Part shown: piece by piece, positions 19,382 to 28,913 of the stretch
How positions within the stretch are numbered: position 1 is the first letter of the stretch
Layout of the letters: the number at the start of each line of letters is the position of its first letter
NCBI GenBank assembly: GCA_965216875.1
Contig: OZ244207.1
Span: 7,456,001-7,520,000, forward strand
Origin: Rubripirellula sp.
GTDB taxonomy: Bacteria; Planctomycetota; Planctomycetia; Pirellulales; Pirellulaceae
Reading direction: 5' to 3'
DNA length: 64,000 bases
Position numbers and translations under genes: made by a program
The notes under the pieces: model-generated
Database searches by the model: none
Told to the model about the DNA's origin: nothing
What the model saw: only the letters and a program-made list of their open reading frames with translations

Positions 19382-21532
19382 ATGTCGACGCGGGATCCAA
19401 ACACGATCGATCTGACTCAGGCGACACTTCGGTTGGCCGACGATATCGTTGTGTGGCCCGTGTCCGAACGTGGTCAGACCGTCTATCGCATCGAGATTCC
19501 TTCGTTGCACAAGTTCTTTCGCGTCGGCTACGAAGAGTACGTGTTCATTTCACTGCTGGATGGCAAGACGACACTTGCCCAAGCGTGCGGGTTGGCGGCT
19601 CGGCAACTCGGAAGCGATGCGCCGACCTCCAAACAAGCGGATTCGATACAGCGTTGGTTGCTACAGAATGGTCTTGCCTATTTGCCGCAAGATGCGCCAC
19701 CGGTTCGTGATACGCGATTACAGGCAACGGGCCATCGCACGTGGGCAAACCTCAATCCGTTTTGGATGAAATTCTCGTTGCCCGCCAGTCAACGCGTGCT
19801 CGCGCCGCTCGCGAAACGATTGAAGTTCCTTTTCAATCCGTTGTTGGTCAGCGTTGGGTTGGCGGTTATCGCAGCGGCGATCTTTATTCTTTGCGTGAAC
19901 TGGAAGTCGTTTTCCGAAAGCGCAAAGGAGATCATCAGTCTGAACAATTGGGCATGGCTGTTGGGCACCTGGGTCGCACTCAAGGTCGTCCATGAGTTGG
20001 CGCACGCGATTGCTTGTTATCGGCACGGCGGCGTTGTTCGCGAATCGGGTGTTGTGCTGGTGCTGTTCGCCCCGTTGGCCTATGTGGACGTGACCAGTTG
20101 TTGGCGTATGAACTCGCGTTGGGCGCGAATCGCCGTAGCGGCGGCAGGTATGTACGTCGAGTTGGTGATCGCCGCACTGGCAATCATTGCATGGACATTC
20201 GTCGACTCGGCGAGCACCAAGTTCTTTCTCTACAACTTAGTGCTCTCGGCCGGACTGTCGACCGTGTTGTTCAACGCGAACGCCTTGATGAGGTTCGATG
20301 GTTACTTCATTTTAGCCGACCTGATCGATGTTCCGAACTTGTATGCCGAAGGGTCACAGTCGGTGCGTCGGATCGCACGACGATTGGTGCTGGGGCTGCC
20401 CTCCGGGAAGACTCACTTGGTGGGATGGCGGCGGCATTTAGCAACGGCCTATGGTTTTGCATCGTGCATTTGGCGAGTGACCATTTGCGTCACCTTGGCG
20501 ATCACGGCCGCGACGATGTTCGCTGGCGCCGGGATTGCCATCGCGGCATTGGGTGTGGTGATGTGGTTGGGCAAACCGACTCGGCAAGTGTGGACCACAA
20601 TGAGTGACCTTTACCGCCAGGACCGCGCACGCTTTGTTCGTGCTTTGGTCGTGAGTAGCGGATTGCTCGGCGGCGGATGGTTGTTGTTTTGGAAAATCCC
20701 ACTGCCCACCGCTGTCCACGCGCCGACGGTTGCGATGTATCGCCCAGAGACGATTGTCCGCAGCCAGGCGACGGGCTTCATACGCGCCGTCCACGTACAC
20801 AACCAGCAAGAGGTCAAGCAAGGTGACCTGTTGATCGAGTTGGAAAATCGCGAACTCGTCAAGCAATACCAACAGCTCAAGCTGACCATCGAGCAAAACG
20901 AAATCCGGCTCCGCAAAGCAGCGGGTGACCAGGATCCATCGTTGCAGTGGGTGCTCAAGCAGAATCGCGTGGCACTTGACGAACAATTGGATCAACTCCA
21001 ACCGCAGGTCGATGGATTGAGCGTACTCGCACCGCGAGACGGTTTTGTTGTCCAGCGTGATTTAGCGATGAAGGTCAACAGCTACGTCCACGAAGGTGAC
21101 GCATTGCTTGTGGTGGCAAGCCATGGCGATAAAGAGCTGATCGCACTGGTTGATCAGGATTCGATTGACCAAGTCCGCTCGAGCATTGGCACAAAGGTTC
21201 CCATTCGAACGGCAAGCTATGAGGTGGCGCAAGGCACCTTGGGGCGGATCGAGCCTCGCGGCACGTTGCGATTGCCCAATCCGTCGCTGGCGGCGGCCGA
21301 AGGAGGTCCGCTTGAGGTGCGGCGGGTCGACGAAGCTGGCCTTGGCGATCAAGCCTACCAACTATTGACGCCCCATTTTCAAGCTCGGCTCGAGGTCAGC
21401 CCCGACGTTGCTCAAGAGATTCCGGCGGGGATGCGAATGACGACGATGTTGGGTTACCAAAATGATCCCATGGCAACGCGAATCAAGAAAACGGTTCGTC
21501 GGCTTTGGCATGAAGCCAACCAGCAGCAGTGA
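19382..21532 (+). CDS. Site-2 protease (M50) family membrane protein fused to an N-terminal PqqD-like domain and a C-terminal HlyD domain
   Basis: HELAH zinc motif, NALMRFDGY motif, several TM helices, C-terminal lipoyl/coiled-coil region (VRSQATGFI, VLAPRDGFV); N-terminal ISLLDGKTTL. Confidence 0.82.
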   Translation: MSTRDPNTIDLTQATLRLADDIVVWPVSERGQTVYRIEIPSLHKFFRVGYEEYVFISLLDGKTTLAQACGLAARQLGSDAPTSKQADSIQRWLLQNGLAYLPQDAPPVRDTRLQATGHRTWANLNPFWMKFSLPASQRVLAPLAKRLKFLFNPLLVSVGLAVIAAAIFILCVNWKSFSESAKEIISLNNWAWLLGTWVALKVVHELAHAIACYRHGGVVRESGVVLVLFAPLAYVDVTSCWRMNSRWARIAVAAAGMYVELVIAALAIIAWTFVDSASTKFFLYNLVLSAGLSTVLFNANALMRFDGYFILADLIDVPNLYAEGSQSVRRIARRLVLGLPSGKTHLVGWRRHLATAYGFASCIWRVTICVTLAITAATMFAGAGIAIAALGVVMWLGKPTRQVWTTMSDLYRQDRARFVRALVVSSGLLGGGWLLFWKIPLPTAVHAPTVAMYRPETIVRSQATGFIRAVHVHNQQEVKQGDLLIELENRELVKQYQQLKLTIEQNEIRLRKAAGDQDPSLQWVLKQNRVALDEQLDQLQPQVDGLSVLAPRDGFVVQRDLAMKVNSYVHEGDALLVVASHGDKELIALVDQDSIDQVRSSIGTKVPIRTASYEVAQGTLGRIEPRGTLRLPNPSLAAAEGGPLEVRRVDEAGLGDQAYQLLTPHFQARLEVSPDVAQEIPAGMRMTTMLGYQNDPMATRIKKTVRRLWHEANQQQ

Positions 21533-21583
21533 TCGTCGCACGCCGCTTGATCGGCGCACCTGTTCTCAAATCCGCCATGTCGC

Positions 21584-22606
21584 TTAGGAGAGCGCGGCGC
21601 GATCTTCCAACGCCGAACGTACCTCGGCAAATTGCTCGGCGTTGCGTTCGAAAGCATCCACAACGGCCGGGTCAAATTGCTTGCCGCGTTCGGCAATGAT
21701 CATCTCGCAAACCTGCTCGTGGCAATAGGCATCCTTGTAGACGCGTTTGGACGCAAGAGCGTCGTAAACATCGGCAAGCGAGACGATGCGACCGCAGAGC
21801 GGAATGTCTTGGCCAGAGAGTCCGTGAGGGTAGCCGCGACCATCCCAACGTTCGTGATGGGATTCGGCGATATCACGAGCGACGGTCAAAAAGCTCGCTT
21901 CGGGATGGGCGTCCAGTGTCGCCGAAAGCGTTTCTCCGCCGATGATCGTATGCTCCTTCATCTTTTCGTATTCTTCATCGGTCAGTGACGACGTCTTGTG
22001 AAGGATCTCGTCGGGGATGCCCACTTTGCCAATGTCGTGAAGCGGGCTGGTCGAGTAGATCGCCTCGATGTAGTCGCCATCGATCTGGTCTTGATAGGGA
22101 CCGTTTTGCGAAAGGTCCACGGCGAGCAGTCGACTGTATTCACGGACGCGTTCGAGGTGCGCACCCGTTTCGGCATCGCGTGTTTCGGCGATGTTCGCGA
22201 GTGCCAAAATGGTCACATCGCGGTTTTCGAGTGACAGCACACGTTCGCCCACACGCAGTCGCACGCACAGTTCGGCAGGTTCGACGGGCTTGATGATCAT
22301 ATCGTCGGCGCCCGCATCAAGCGCCGCGACGGTGTCGTCGGTCGAGTTCCGCGCCGTGACGAGAATGATGTAGATGTAGCGGCCATAGTGCCTTGACCGG
22401 ATGGCTCGACAGAGTTCAAGGCCGGACATTTCAGGCATGTTCCAGTCCGAGACCACCAATCGGTAGTTTCCGGTTCGAAGCATGACGAGCGCTTGGTCGC
22501 CGTCGTCGGCACAATCGACTTCGTAACCAGCTTCAATCAACATGTCAGCGTGCAGTTCTTGGATGATGGGATCATCATCCACAACCAATACTCTTGAGTT
22601 CTTCAT
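21584..22606 (-). CDS. Response regulator with HD-GYP c-di-GMP phosphodiesterase domain (RpfG-like)
   Basis: REC VLVVDDD...VSDWNMP; LHDIGK, HHERWDGRGYP, DVYDAL. Confidence 0.93.
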   Translation of the reverse strand: MKNSRVLVVDDDPIIQELHADMLIEAGYEVDCADDGDQALVMLRTGNYRLVVSDWNMPEMSGLELCRAIRSRHYGRYIYIILVTARNSTDDTVAALDAGADDMIIKPVEPAELCVRLRVGERVLSLENRDVTILALANIAETRDAETGAHLERVREYSRLLAVDLSQNGPYQDQIDGDYIEAIYSTSPLHDIGKVGIPDEILHKTSSLTDEEYEKMKEHTIIGGETLSATLDAHPEASFLTVARDIAESHHERWDGRGYPHGLSGQDIPLCGRIVSLADVYDALASKRVYKDAYCHEQVCEMIIAERGKQFDPAVVDAFERNAEQFAEVRSALEDRAALS

Positions 22607-22615
22607 TGTCTTCTT

Positions 22616-25600
22616 TTACCCCACGGCTTCCGTCTGGCAGAGGTCGGTATCCAACTGCGTTGATTCAACGTATTTGTTAAAGCGGTCGATTTGTCGCCCC
22701 AAGGAATCGAGCGTTGATGTTGCGTCATCGCCGAGTTCCGCTTGTTCACCAAGGTCTTGCAGCGTGGCGGCATCCTGTTCGATGGCTTCGGCTCCAAGCG
22801 ACGCGGCGACGCCCTTGAGGGCGTGAGCACGCTGTTTGAACCCTTCGGCGTCGGCATCCGCGAGGCACCGTTCCAGTTCGGCCATGTCGTCGCCGAGGCG
22901 AGAATGCAAACGGTCAATCAGCTTCTTTGCCAACGGCTGTTTTCCGTTGCAGCGTTGCAAGAGCGATTCGACATCCAAGACCCGGAACGCGTGTTGGGCG
23001 TCGGATGACTCGTCCGTTTGAACCGCATCTGACGCTTCAGTGGTCGCAGATTCTTGGTCCTGCGGTTGGCTGGGAGTCAGTGCAAGATTTTGCGGCGAAT
23101 CGGAGTCGACCTGAGCCTGCGATCGATCTTGCGCAATGCACCGCTTGATCGTGTCGACCAATTGATCAGCCTGTAGCGGCTTGCTTAGGTAGTCGTTCAT
23201 TCCCGCGTCAAGACAACGCCGGCGTTCGCCCGGCATTGCGTTGGCAGTAAGCGCGACGATCGGAATAGGACGGGAGGCCTTTTTGTTTGATTCGATCTGA
23301 CGAATGATGCGAGTCGCTTCCATGCCGTCCATTTCAGGCATGTGCCAATCCATCAAAACCAAGTCATACTGTTTGCGCTTGACCATTTCGACCGCTTCGC
23401 GGCCGTTGTCGGCAACGTCGCACTGATAACCAAGCTGCGAGAGCATTTCGGTGACAACCATTTGGTTGATCTCTTGGTCCTCGGCCAAAAGGATGTTGCC
23501 ACGGTTTTTGGGTGTGTCCTCTTGCTTCGCTGCGTAACGTTTGGTCCGCTTTTCACCGGTCAGGCACTGCAACAGTTCTTTGGCTCGCACGGGCTTTTCG
23601 ATGAAGTCGTCGAACCCGTCATCGCAGAGTTCTTCGACACTTCGACAATGACCAAGTGGGACCATTGCCGTCAATTTGGTGGGCGAACTATCGCGTTCGT
23701 TGCTGAACACGTGAGCGAGTGAGGTCGCGGAATCGTCGGTGAGTGCGGCGTCCACCAACGCGAGATGATAGGGCACATCACTCGCTTTGGCCTTGCGTAG
23801 TGCGACCAGGGCATCGATCGGGTCGGCGACCACGTCAGCTTCAAGACCCCAGTCAATCAAACGCATCCGAAGCGATTCGCAGACCGCTTGGCTGTCATCG
23901 ACGACAAGGACTTTTGTGCCTTGGATGCCCTCGGGCAATTTGAGCGTTTCGATGGTTGATGATTCGAGTTTGGCAAGCGTGACCGTGAATGCGAACACCG
24001 AACCTTCACCCAGGACACTGGTCACTCCGATGTGACCGCCCATCATTTCGCAAAGTTGTTTGCAGATTCCCAGGCCCAGTCCTGTTCCGCCGTAACGTCG
24101 CGTGGTCGATGCATCCGCTTGTGTAAAGGCTTCGAAAACTCGATCGAGCTGCTCTTCAGGGATTCCGATGCCTGTATCGCGAACTTGGAATTGAACGCAT
24201 ACCGATTCGTCGGTCTCTTCTTGTTTGACCACGCGAACATGGATCTCGCCCTGCTCAGTGAATTTGATCGCGTTGTTGGTCAAGTTATTCAAGATCTGAG
24301 CCAGTCGGCCGGGGTCACCCGAGACTGACATCGGGATCGATGGGTCGATCGAGCAGATCAATTCGACTCCTTCACGACATCGGTGGGCAACCGTGCTGAT
24401 GACCGATTCGATCATGTGAATTGGATGAAACTCAATGTGCTCGAGCTCAAGTTTGCCAGCTTCGATCTTTGAAAAGTCGAGGACTTCGTTGACCAAATGA
24501 AGTAGGGAAACGCCTGAGTATTGAGCGGCTTCGGCGTATTTCGCCTGCTGGCGATCAAGATCCGTTTTGAGCAACAGTTCATTCAGGCCGATCACACCAT
24601 TGAGTGGTGTTCGGAGTTCATGTGAAATGTTGGCCAAAAACTCACTCTTAGCTCGGCTAGCCAGCTCGGCTTCGGCGCGGGCCTGTTCGAGTTGTTCGTT
24701 GTATGCGGTCAGTTGTTGTTGCGTTTGCTTGAGCGTTGCAATGGTGCCATTGAGTTCGCGCGTGCGATCGGCCACCTTTTGTTCGAGATTCGCATTCAGA
24801 TCCGTGATCGTTTGATGGTTCGATTCCATGTGCGCAACCATTAAGTTGAATTGGCGCGCAAGCCGGTCGATCTCGTCGTTCCCAGTGGGCAACAGCCGCC
24901 GAGAGAGATCGCCTTTTCCAACCAAGTCCATCGCTTTGACCAAGTTGGCAACGCGGTAGGCAATCGAGTCACCTACCACGGTTGAGTAGACGACTCCCAA
25001 GACGATAGCGGTGATCGTGATGAACACACTGTGTGTGCGCAGCGCGTCGATCGCTTGTTCTTGGGTTTCGGGATGGTTGATCATCTCCGAAGCGCGTTGG
25101 CTGGCAACGGTGCCAATCATCAACGCCGTTGTGGCGATGATCAGCGTGAAGCAGAGACGCATGCGGAAACGAAGCTTACCGGGTCGTACTTTTTCGTAAT
25201 TGATCGCCACGCCGCGGCGGAGCAGGAATCGAATCACCGCCTTCATGCAGTGTTCGACGGCAAAGAAGTGCGACATCAACGCCATCGATATCGCAATGAA
25301 GACCGCAACCGTGATGCTGCCCATGATCATCACCGACGCGCCGTCGACGACTTTCAACACGATAAGGACGGGAAGCCAAGTCGACGCGGGGACCAACCAT
25401 GCTTCGTTGCGATGATGACGCGATGAGAATTCGACCGCTTCGCGACCAGCATGGTCACCAAGTTCTTGGTCAACCTCGTCGCCCCGAGTCAATCGCTTGA
25501 TTGCTTCACGCAGATGGCGAGTTTCCCACTGGGAAAGTAGCAACGTCAATGCGCAGGCAACTGCCGTCACAATCGCACTGGTGATGCGGAAGTGCATCCG

Positions 25601-25783
25601 CGTCTCGTGCGGGATCTCCATCGTGAATTCGACGTAGTAGATCACCAACAAGCCGCCCGAGATTCCGAACAGCCGTGTGGCGATCATCATCACCAGAATG
25701 AAATGGTGCCCCAAGTCCTCGAGCCATCGATCGACCCGCGAAGGGCGCTCGATGAGTTCGGCAGTCGGATTGCTTGAGGTCAT
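22616..25783 (-). CDS. Hybrid sensor histidine kinase (about 6 TM, HAMP, HisKA, HATPase, REC, REC, Hpt), RpfC-like
   Basis: Six hydrophobic segments, HAMP GDLSRRL...[32 protein letters not shown], two REC domains, AHALKG Hpt; 9 bp upstream of the HD-GYP gene. Confidence 0.92.
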   Translation of the reverse strand: MTSSNPTAELIERPSRVDRWLEDLGHHFILVMMIATRLFGISGGLLVIYYVEFTMEIPHETRMHFRITSAIVTAVACALTLLLSQWETRHLREAIKRLTRGDEVDQELGDHAGREAVEFSSRHHRNEAWLVPASTWLPVLIVLKVVDGASVMIMGSITVAVFIAISMALMSHFFAVEHCMKAVIRFLLRRGVAINYEKVRPGKLRFRMRLCFTLIIATTALMIGTVASQRASEMINHPETQEQAIDALRTHSVFITITAIVLGVVYSTVVGDSIAYRVANLVKAMDLVGKGDLSRRLLPTGNDEIDRLARQFNLMVAHMESNHQTITDLNANLEQKVADRTRELNGTIATLKQTQQQLTAYNEQLEQARAEAELASRAKSEFLANISHELRTPLNGVIGLNELLLKTDLDRQQAKYAEAAQYSGVSLLHLVNEVLDFSKIEAGKLELEHIEFHPIHMIESVISTVAHRCREGVELICSIDPSIPMSVSGDPGRLAQILNNLTNNAIKFTEQGEIHVRVVKQEETDESVCVQFQVRDTGIGIPEEQLDRVFEAFTQADASTTRRYGGTGLGLGICKQLCEMMGGHIGVTSVLGEGSVFAFTVTLAKLESSTIETLKLPEGIQGTKVLVVDDSQAVCESLRMRLIDWGLEADVVADPIDALVALRKAKASDVPYHLALVDAALTDDSATSLAHVFSNERDSSPTKLTAMVPLGHCRSVEELCDDGFDDFIEKPVRAKELLQCLTGEKRTKRYAAKQEDTPKNRGNILLAEDQEINQMVVTEMLSQLGYQCDVADNGREAVEMVKRKQYDLVLMDWHMPEMDGMEATRIIRQIESNKKASRPIPIVALTANAMPGERRRCLDAGMNDYLSKPLQADQLVDTIKRCIAQDRSQAQVDSDSPQNLALTPSQPQDQESATTEASDAVQTDESSDAQHAFRVLDVESLLQRCNGKQPLAKKLIDRLHSRLGDDMAELERCLADADAEGFKQRAHALKGVAASLGAEAIEQDAATLQDLGEQAELGDDATSTLDSLGRQIDRFNKYVESTQLDTDLCQTEAVG

Positions 25784-25900
25784 GAATGTGCCAGGGGATG
25801 GCGTAGTGGGGACATTTTGGGGATGTCAGGTGGGCAAACATCATCAACGCAAAAAGTGATGTGCTTTGGCTCGCGTCCCGACTTGTGGCCTACCCTTGCA

Positions 25901-25925
25901 GTGTGGTTGGGTCTGGGAACCACAC
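25901..25925. promoter_or_regulatory. Perfect 8-9-8 inverted repeat in the divergent intergenic region (candidate operator or hairpin)
   Basis: GTGTGGTT-gggtctggg-AACCACAC. Confidence 0.35.
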
Positions 25926-26061
25926 CCCCGAGGGTTGCGGCAATGACGCTTGAAACGGTTGCCAACGCCATCGCATCGGATTGCCAATGCTCGGCATTCG
26001 TCGTGGGAACGCGGACCGAAAGGAAAATAGGTCACCGCGCATCGTGAGCAAGCCAACCGGG

Positions 26062-26085
26062 ATCAAAGAGATAACAGTCTTTGAT
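26062..26085. promoter_or_regulatory. Perfect 8-8-8 inverted repeat in the divergent intergenic region (candidate operator)
   Basis: ATCAAAGA-gataacag-TCTTTGAT. Confidence 0.35.
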
Positions 26086-26317
26086 AGCAATTCGTAAGGA
26101 GTAGCGATTGCGTTGAATCGTCCGGTTTTTTCGATTCTGAGCTCAAGTATCGGTTAGATAGCGTACGACGGTTAATGACAGAGACGAGCCGCTCCCCACA
26201 CGGTTCGTGCGCTCCGATGTTGTCGGGCACTGCTGCGCGAGTTCTGTGGGGCGAGGAAACGGCGGCAATGATTCGTTCGTCAACAACACGACACATTGCA
26301 ACAGGCTGGCATGGGCG

Positions 26318-27448
26318 ATGCGTAACCTTGCATTCTTGGGGCTCATTCTGATTAGTTCGCTGGCACCCGTTTGGGGCCAGGAGCTGGTTGACCTATCGAT
26401 CGACGATCTTCATTTGGCGTCTTCTCTCGAGGATGCGGCATCGGAATCTGAGTTTGTTGACTTCGTTGCCTGCGAGTTCGATCAGTGCGACACCTGTAGC
26501 GGGGTATCGTGTCGATGTTCAAAGCGTTTTCGCGACCGTTTACATGGCAGCGTTGAAACGCTCATCGTGCGTCCTCACTTTAGTGAAGCGGTTGCTTATG
26601 CAGCGGGGTCACAGACGGCCACAACGTTTAACATTGGCGCTCGGCCTATCAAATTTGATTACCGAGGTGGTATTCGCGCAATGTTTGGTCTCGACCTTGC
26701 GCGTCACTCCGATTCACTGCGCTTCACCTACTCCTACTTGCGAGGGGATGTTTCGATAAGCAGCGCGAACCTGGCGGCCAACGAATTCATTGTGGATCCT
26801 TTTGGAAACGTTGTTGGGTCGGTCACGATCGTTGATCCATCGGACGCGCGCTTTGGGACGACGATAACTGGGGGGGATGCGATTCAAACGCGATCGACCG
26901 TCGACGTTGATGTGTATGACATCGACTTTCACCGCATCTGGGGTGACGATCGGTGTTGGGAGGTTGCGCTCGACGCGGGTATCCGCATTGCGAACGTCAA
27001 ACAGACGTATCATTCGCTGGCAACAGCCGGCGCAACAACCGCCGGGTTTGGCTCGTTTTTCGCGGAATTTACGGGCGCTGGGCCACATTTGGGACTGCGT
27101 GGCACGCGTGCAGTTGGAGCGAAAAAACGACTCGCGTTTTACGGATCAACCCACACTGCGCTGATGCTTGGTGACTATGACGTTGTTTCGGGAAACAACA
27201 TTGGGGGTGGGGCGTTTGTTGCAAACCAAGACAACAACCAGCGTCGTACCATTGCAACGATTGAAACGGAACTCGGCGCGCGTTGGCGTGTTGGTTCGCG
27301 TTTAGATCTTGCCGCAGGATGGTTGTTTCACTTCTGGAATGACATGGGTGTAAGCGGCGGAACATTCAGCGGACTCTTCAACGGCGCTGATGATTCAAAC
27401 AACATGACGTTCGACGGCGCGTTTGTTCGCGCAGAGTTTCGTCACTGA
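26318..27448 (+). CDS. Outer membrane beta-barrel protein (Lpg1974/BBP7-like planctomycete porin)
   Basis: Signal peptide from ATG 26318 (MRNLAFLGLIL...), Cys-rich N-terminal patch, alternating beta strands, FTGAGPHLG, C-terminal FDGAFVRAEFRH. Confidence 0.75.
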   Translation: MRNLAFLGLILISSLAPVWGQELVDLSIDDLHLASSLEDAASESEFVDFVACEFDQCDTCSGVSCRCSKRFRDRLHGSVETLIVRPHFSEAVAYAAGSQTATTFNIGARPIKFDYRGGIRAMFGLDLARHSDSLRFTYSYLRGDVSISSANLAANEFIVDPFGNVVGSVTIVDPSDARFGTTITGGDAIQTRSTVDVDVYDIDFHRIWGDDRCWEVALDAGIRIANVKQTYHSLATAGATTAGFGSFFAEFTGAGPHLGLRGTRAVGAKKRLAFYGSTHTALMLGDYDVVSGNNIGGGAFVANQDNNQRRTIATIETELGARWRVGSRLDLAAGWLFHFWNDMGVSGGTFSGLFNGADDSNNMTFDGAFVRAEFRH

Positions 27449-27806
27449 TTTTAAAACGTTAACAATTAGAGAAACTCGCCGTATCTCTACTAAGCGAGTT
27501 GCGCCCCACCCGCCGAAAATTTCTTTCGCGACTTTCCGCAAATGTGTTGGCATGTCGCGCGCCTTTGGCGTTCAATCGGTGTAACAAACAGCGTCCGTGC
27601 ACGAAACGGTAACGCGGTTTGATCCGGTTATGGGGCACGCAGGTGTGTTGATCCAACACATCTGATCCATGAACCGCCAGTGGTTTCCCTTGCCCTGTGA
27701 TCGGTGTGACCTAGCTTTTAGCTGGTGATGTTCGAAGCGAATCGATTACATCACGTGTGCTGAAACCGAGGCACATTGCGCACTCCCACACGCAAGGTAC
27801 GACTAA

Positions 27807-28901
27807 TTGACAGCGCCCAGCACAGAAACCACGCGACCGGCTGGCATGGATGCAAGCACCTCGCAATCGGAACCATTGACCATGCTCTCGCAAGTAAGTG
27901 AGTTGGTTGATGAGGAACTCGCCAGCGTCGACTGGAGTCAAACCTTTGACCTCTCGGCCGATCGAATTGAACGGGAAGTGACTGCGCTCGAGAAGGTGCG
28001 GTTGAGCGACGAGATTGAGTATTGGGTGAACCGATACGGCGAGGTCGGCGAGCGTCATCCCTATTTGTGGGCTTGGTGTCGACAAGGGGTCGAGCTGACC
28101 ACGTTGGACAGCGTCCAAGACGAACACTTCGACAGGGTGTGTGACACCAAGCTGCTGGGCGTCATGTTTGACGTGCTTGTCGATGACGTCGCAGATCAAG
28201 GTGGTGACAAGGAGCTGCTTGATCAGCTGATCGCGATCACCACGGGGACTTGTCACGCTCCGAATACTGGTAATGAACAGACAGACGCGTACGTGACGCT
28301 CGCCATCGATGTTTGGCAGGAGATTCAACGACGCGTCCACTCGTTGGCTCGCCACGCCGAGTTCGCCGATGTGCTCGCCTACGACTACGCACAGTTGATG
28401 AATGCGATGCGGTATTCGCATCTGCTCAACAAGACGCCGTCGATGTTGAATCTGGCTGAACACGATCTGTACTTGCCTCATAACATGCACATGATGGTTT
28501 CCGCCACAATCGACTTGATGGCCTCGCCTAGCTTCGACGCCAGCGAAATCGGGCGGCTTCGCGAGGCGATTTGGCATTCTCAATACATGGGGCGAATTGG
28601 AAATCTCGTTACCACATGGAAACGCGAATTGCACGAGGGCGATTACACCAGTGGTGTGTTTGCTCATGCGGTGATTCATGGGCAACTTTCACTTGACCAA
28701 CTACGGGGTGGCGACCGAGAAACCGTGGCTCGTTCCATCGTTAACGGTGGACACGAAGATCATTTTTTAGCGAAGTGGCAGCAACATCGTCGCGATTTGA
28801 TCGGACTGCAAAAGGCGATCGAGTCAGTTGACTTGAAGCCGCTCATCGAGGGGCTTCAACGATTGATCTGTTTGCACTTGGCTAGCCGCGGGCGCAAGTA
28901 A
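27807..28901 (+). CDS. Class I terpene synthase / isoprenoid-synthase-fold protein
   Basis: Asp-rich FDVLVDDVAD (DDxxD) and an NSE/DTE-like GNLVTTWKRELHEGD about 150 aa downstream; all-helical composition; alternative start ATG 27846. Confidence 0.7.
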   Translation: MTAPSTETTRPAGMDASTSQSEPLTMLSQVSELVDEELASVDWSQTFDLSADRIEREVTALEKVRLSDEIEYWVNRYGEVGERHPYLWAWCRQGVELTTLDSVQDEHFDRVCDTKLLGVMFDVLVDDVADQGGDKELLDQLIAITTGTCHAPNTGNEQTDAYVTLAIDVWQEIQRRVHSLARHAEFADVLAYDYAQLMNAMRYSHLLNKTPSMLNLAEHDLYLPHNMHMMVSATIDLMASPSFDASEIGRLREAIWHSQYMGRIGNLVTTWKRELHEGDYTSGVFAHAVIHGQLSLDQLRGGDRETVARSIVNGGHEDHFLAKWQQHRRDLIGLQKAIESVDLKPLIEGLQRLICLHLASRGRK

Positions 28902-28913
28902 AGGAGACCCAAC

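Noticed and set aside
25830..25900. Possible c-di-GMP-I riboswitch upstream of the kinase/HD-GYP operon (GGGCAAAC on plus, GGGACGC...AAAGC on minus)
   Set aside because: The fragments are on opposite strands and the GNRA-capped P2 stem is absent; an Rfam scan would be needed to revive it.
27545..27565. Sigma-54-like TGGCATG-N4-GCGC upstream of the terpene-synthase-like gene
   Set aside because: Spacing fits, but the conserved TT before the -12 GC is missing; too weak in GC-rich DNA.
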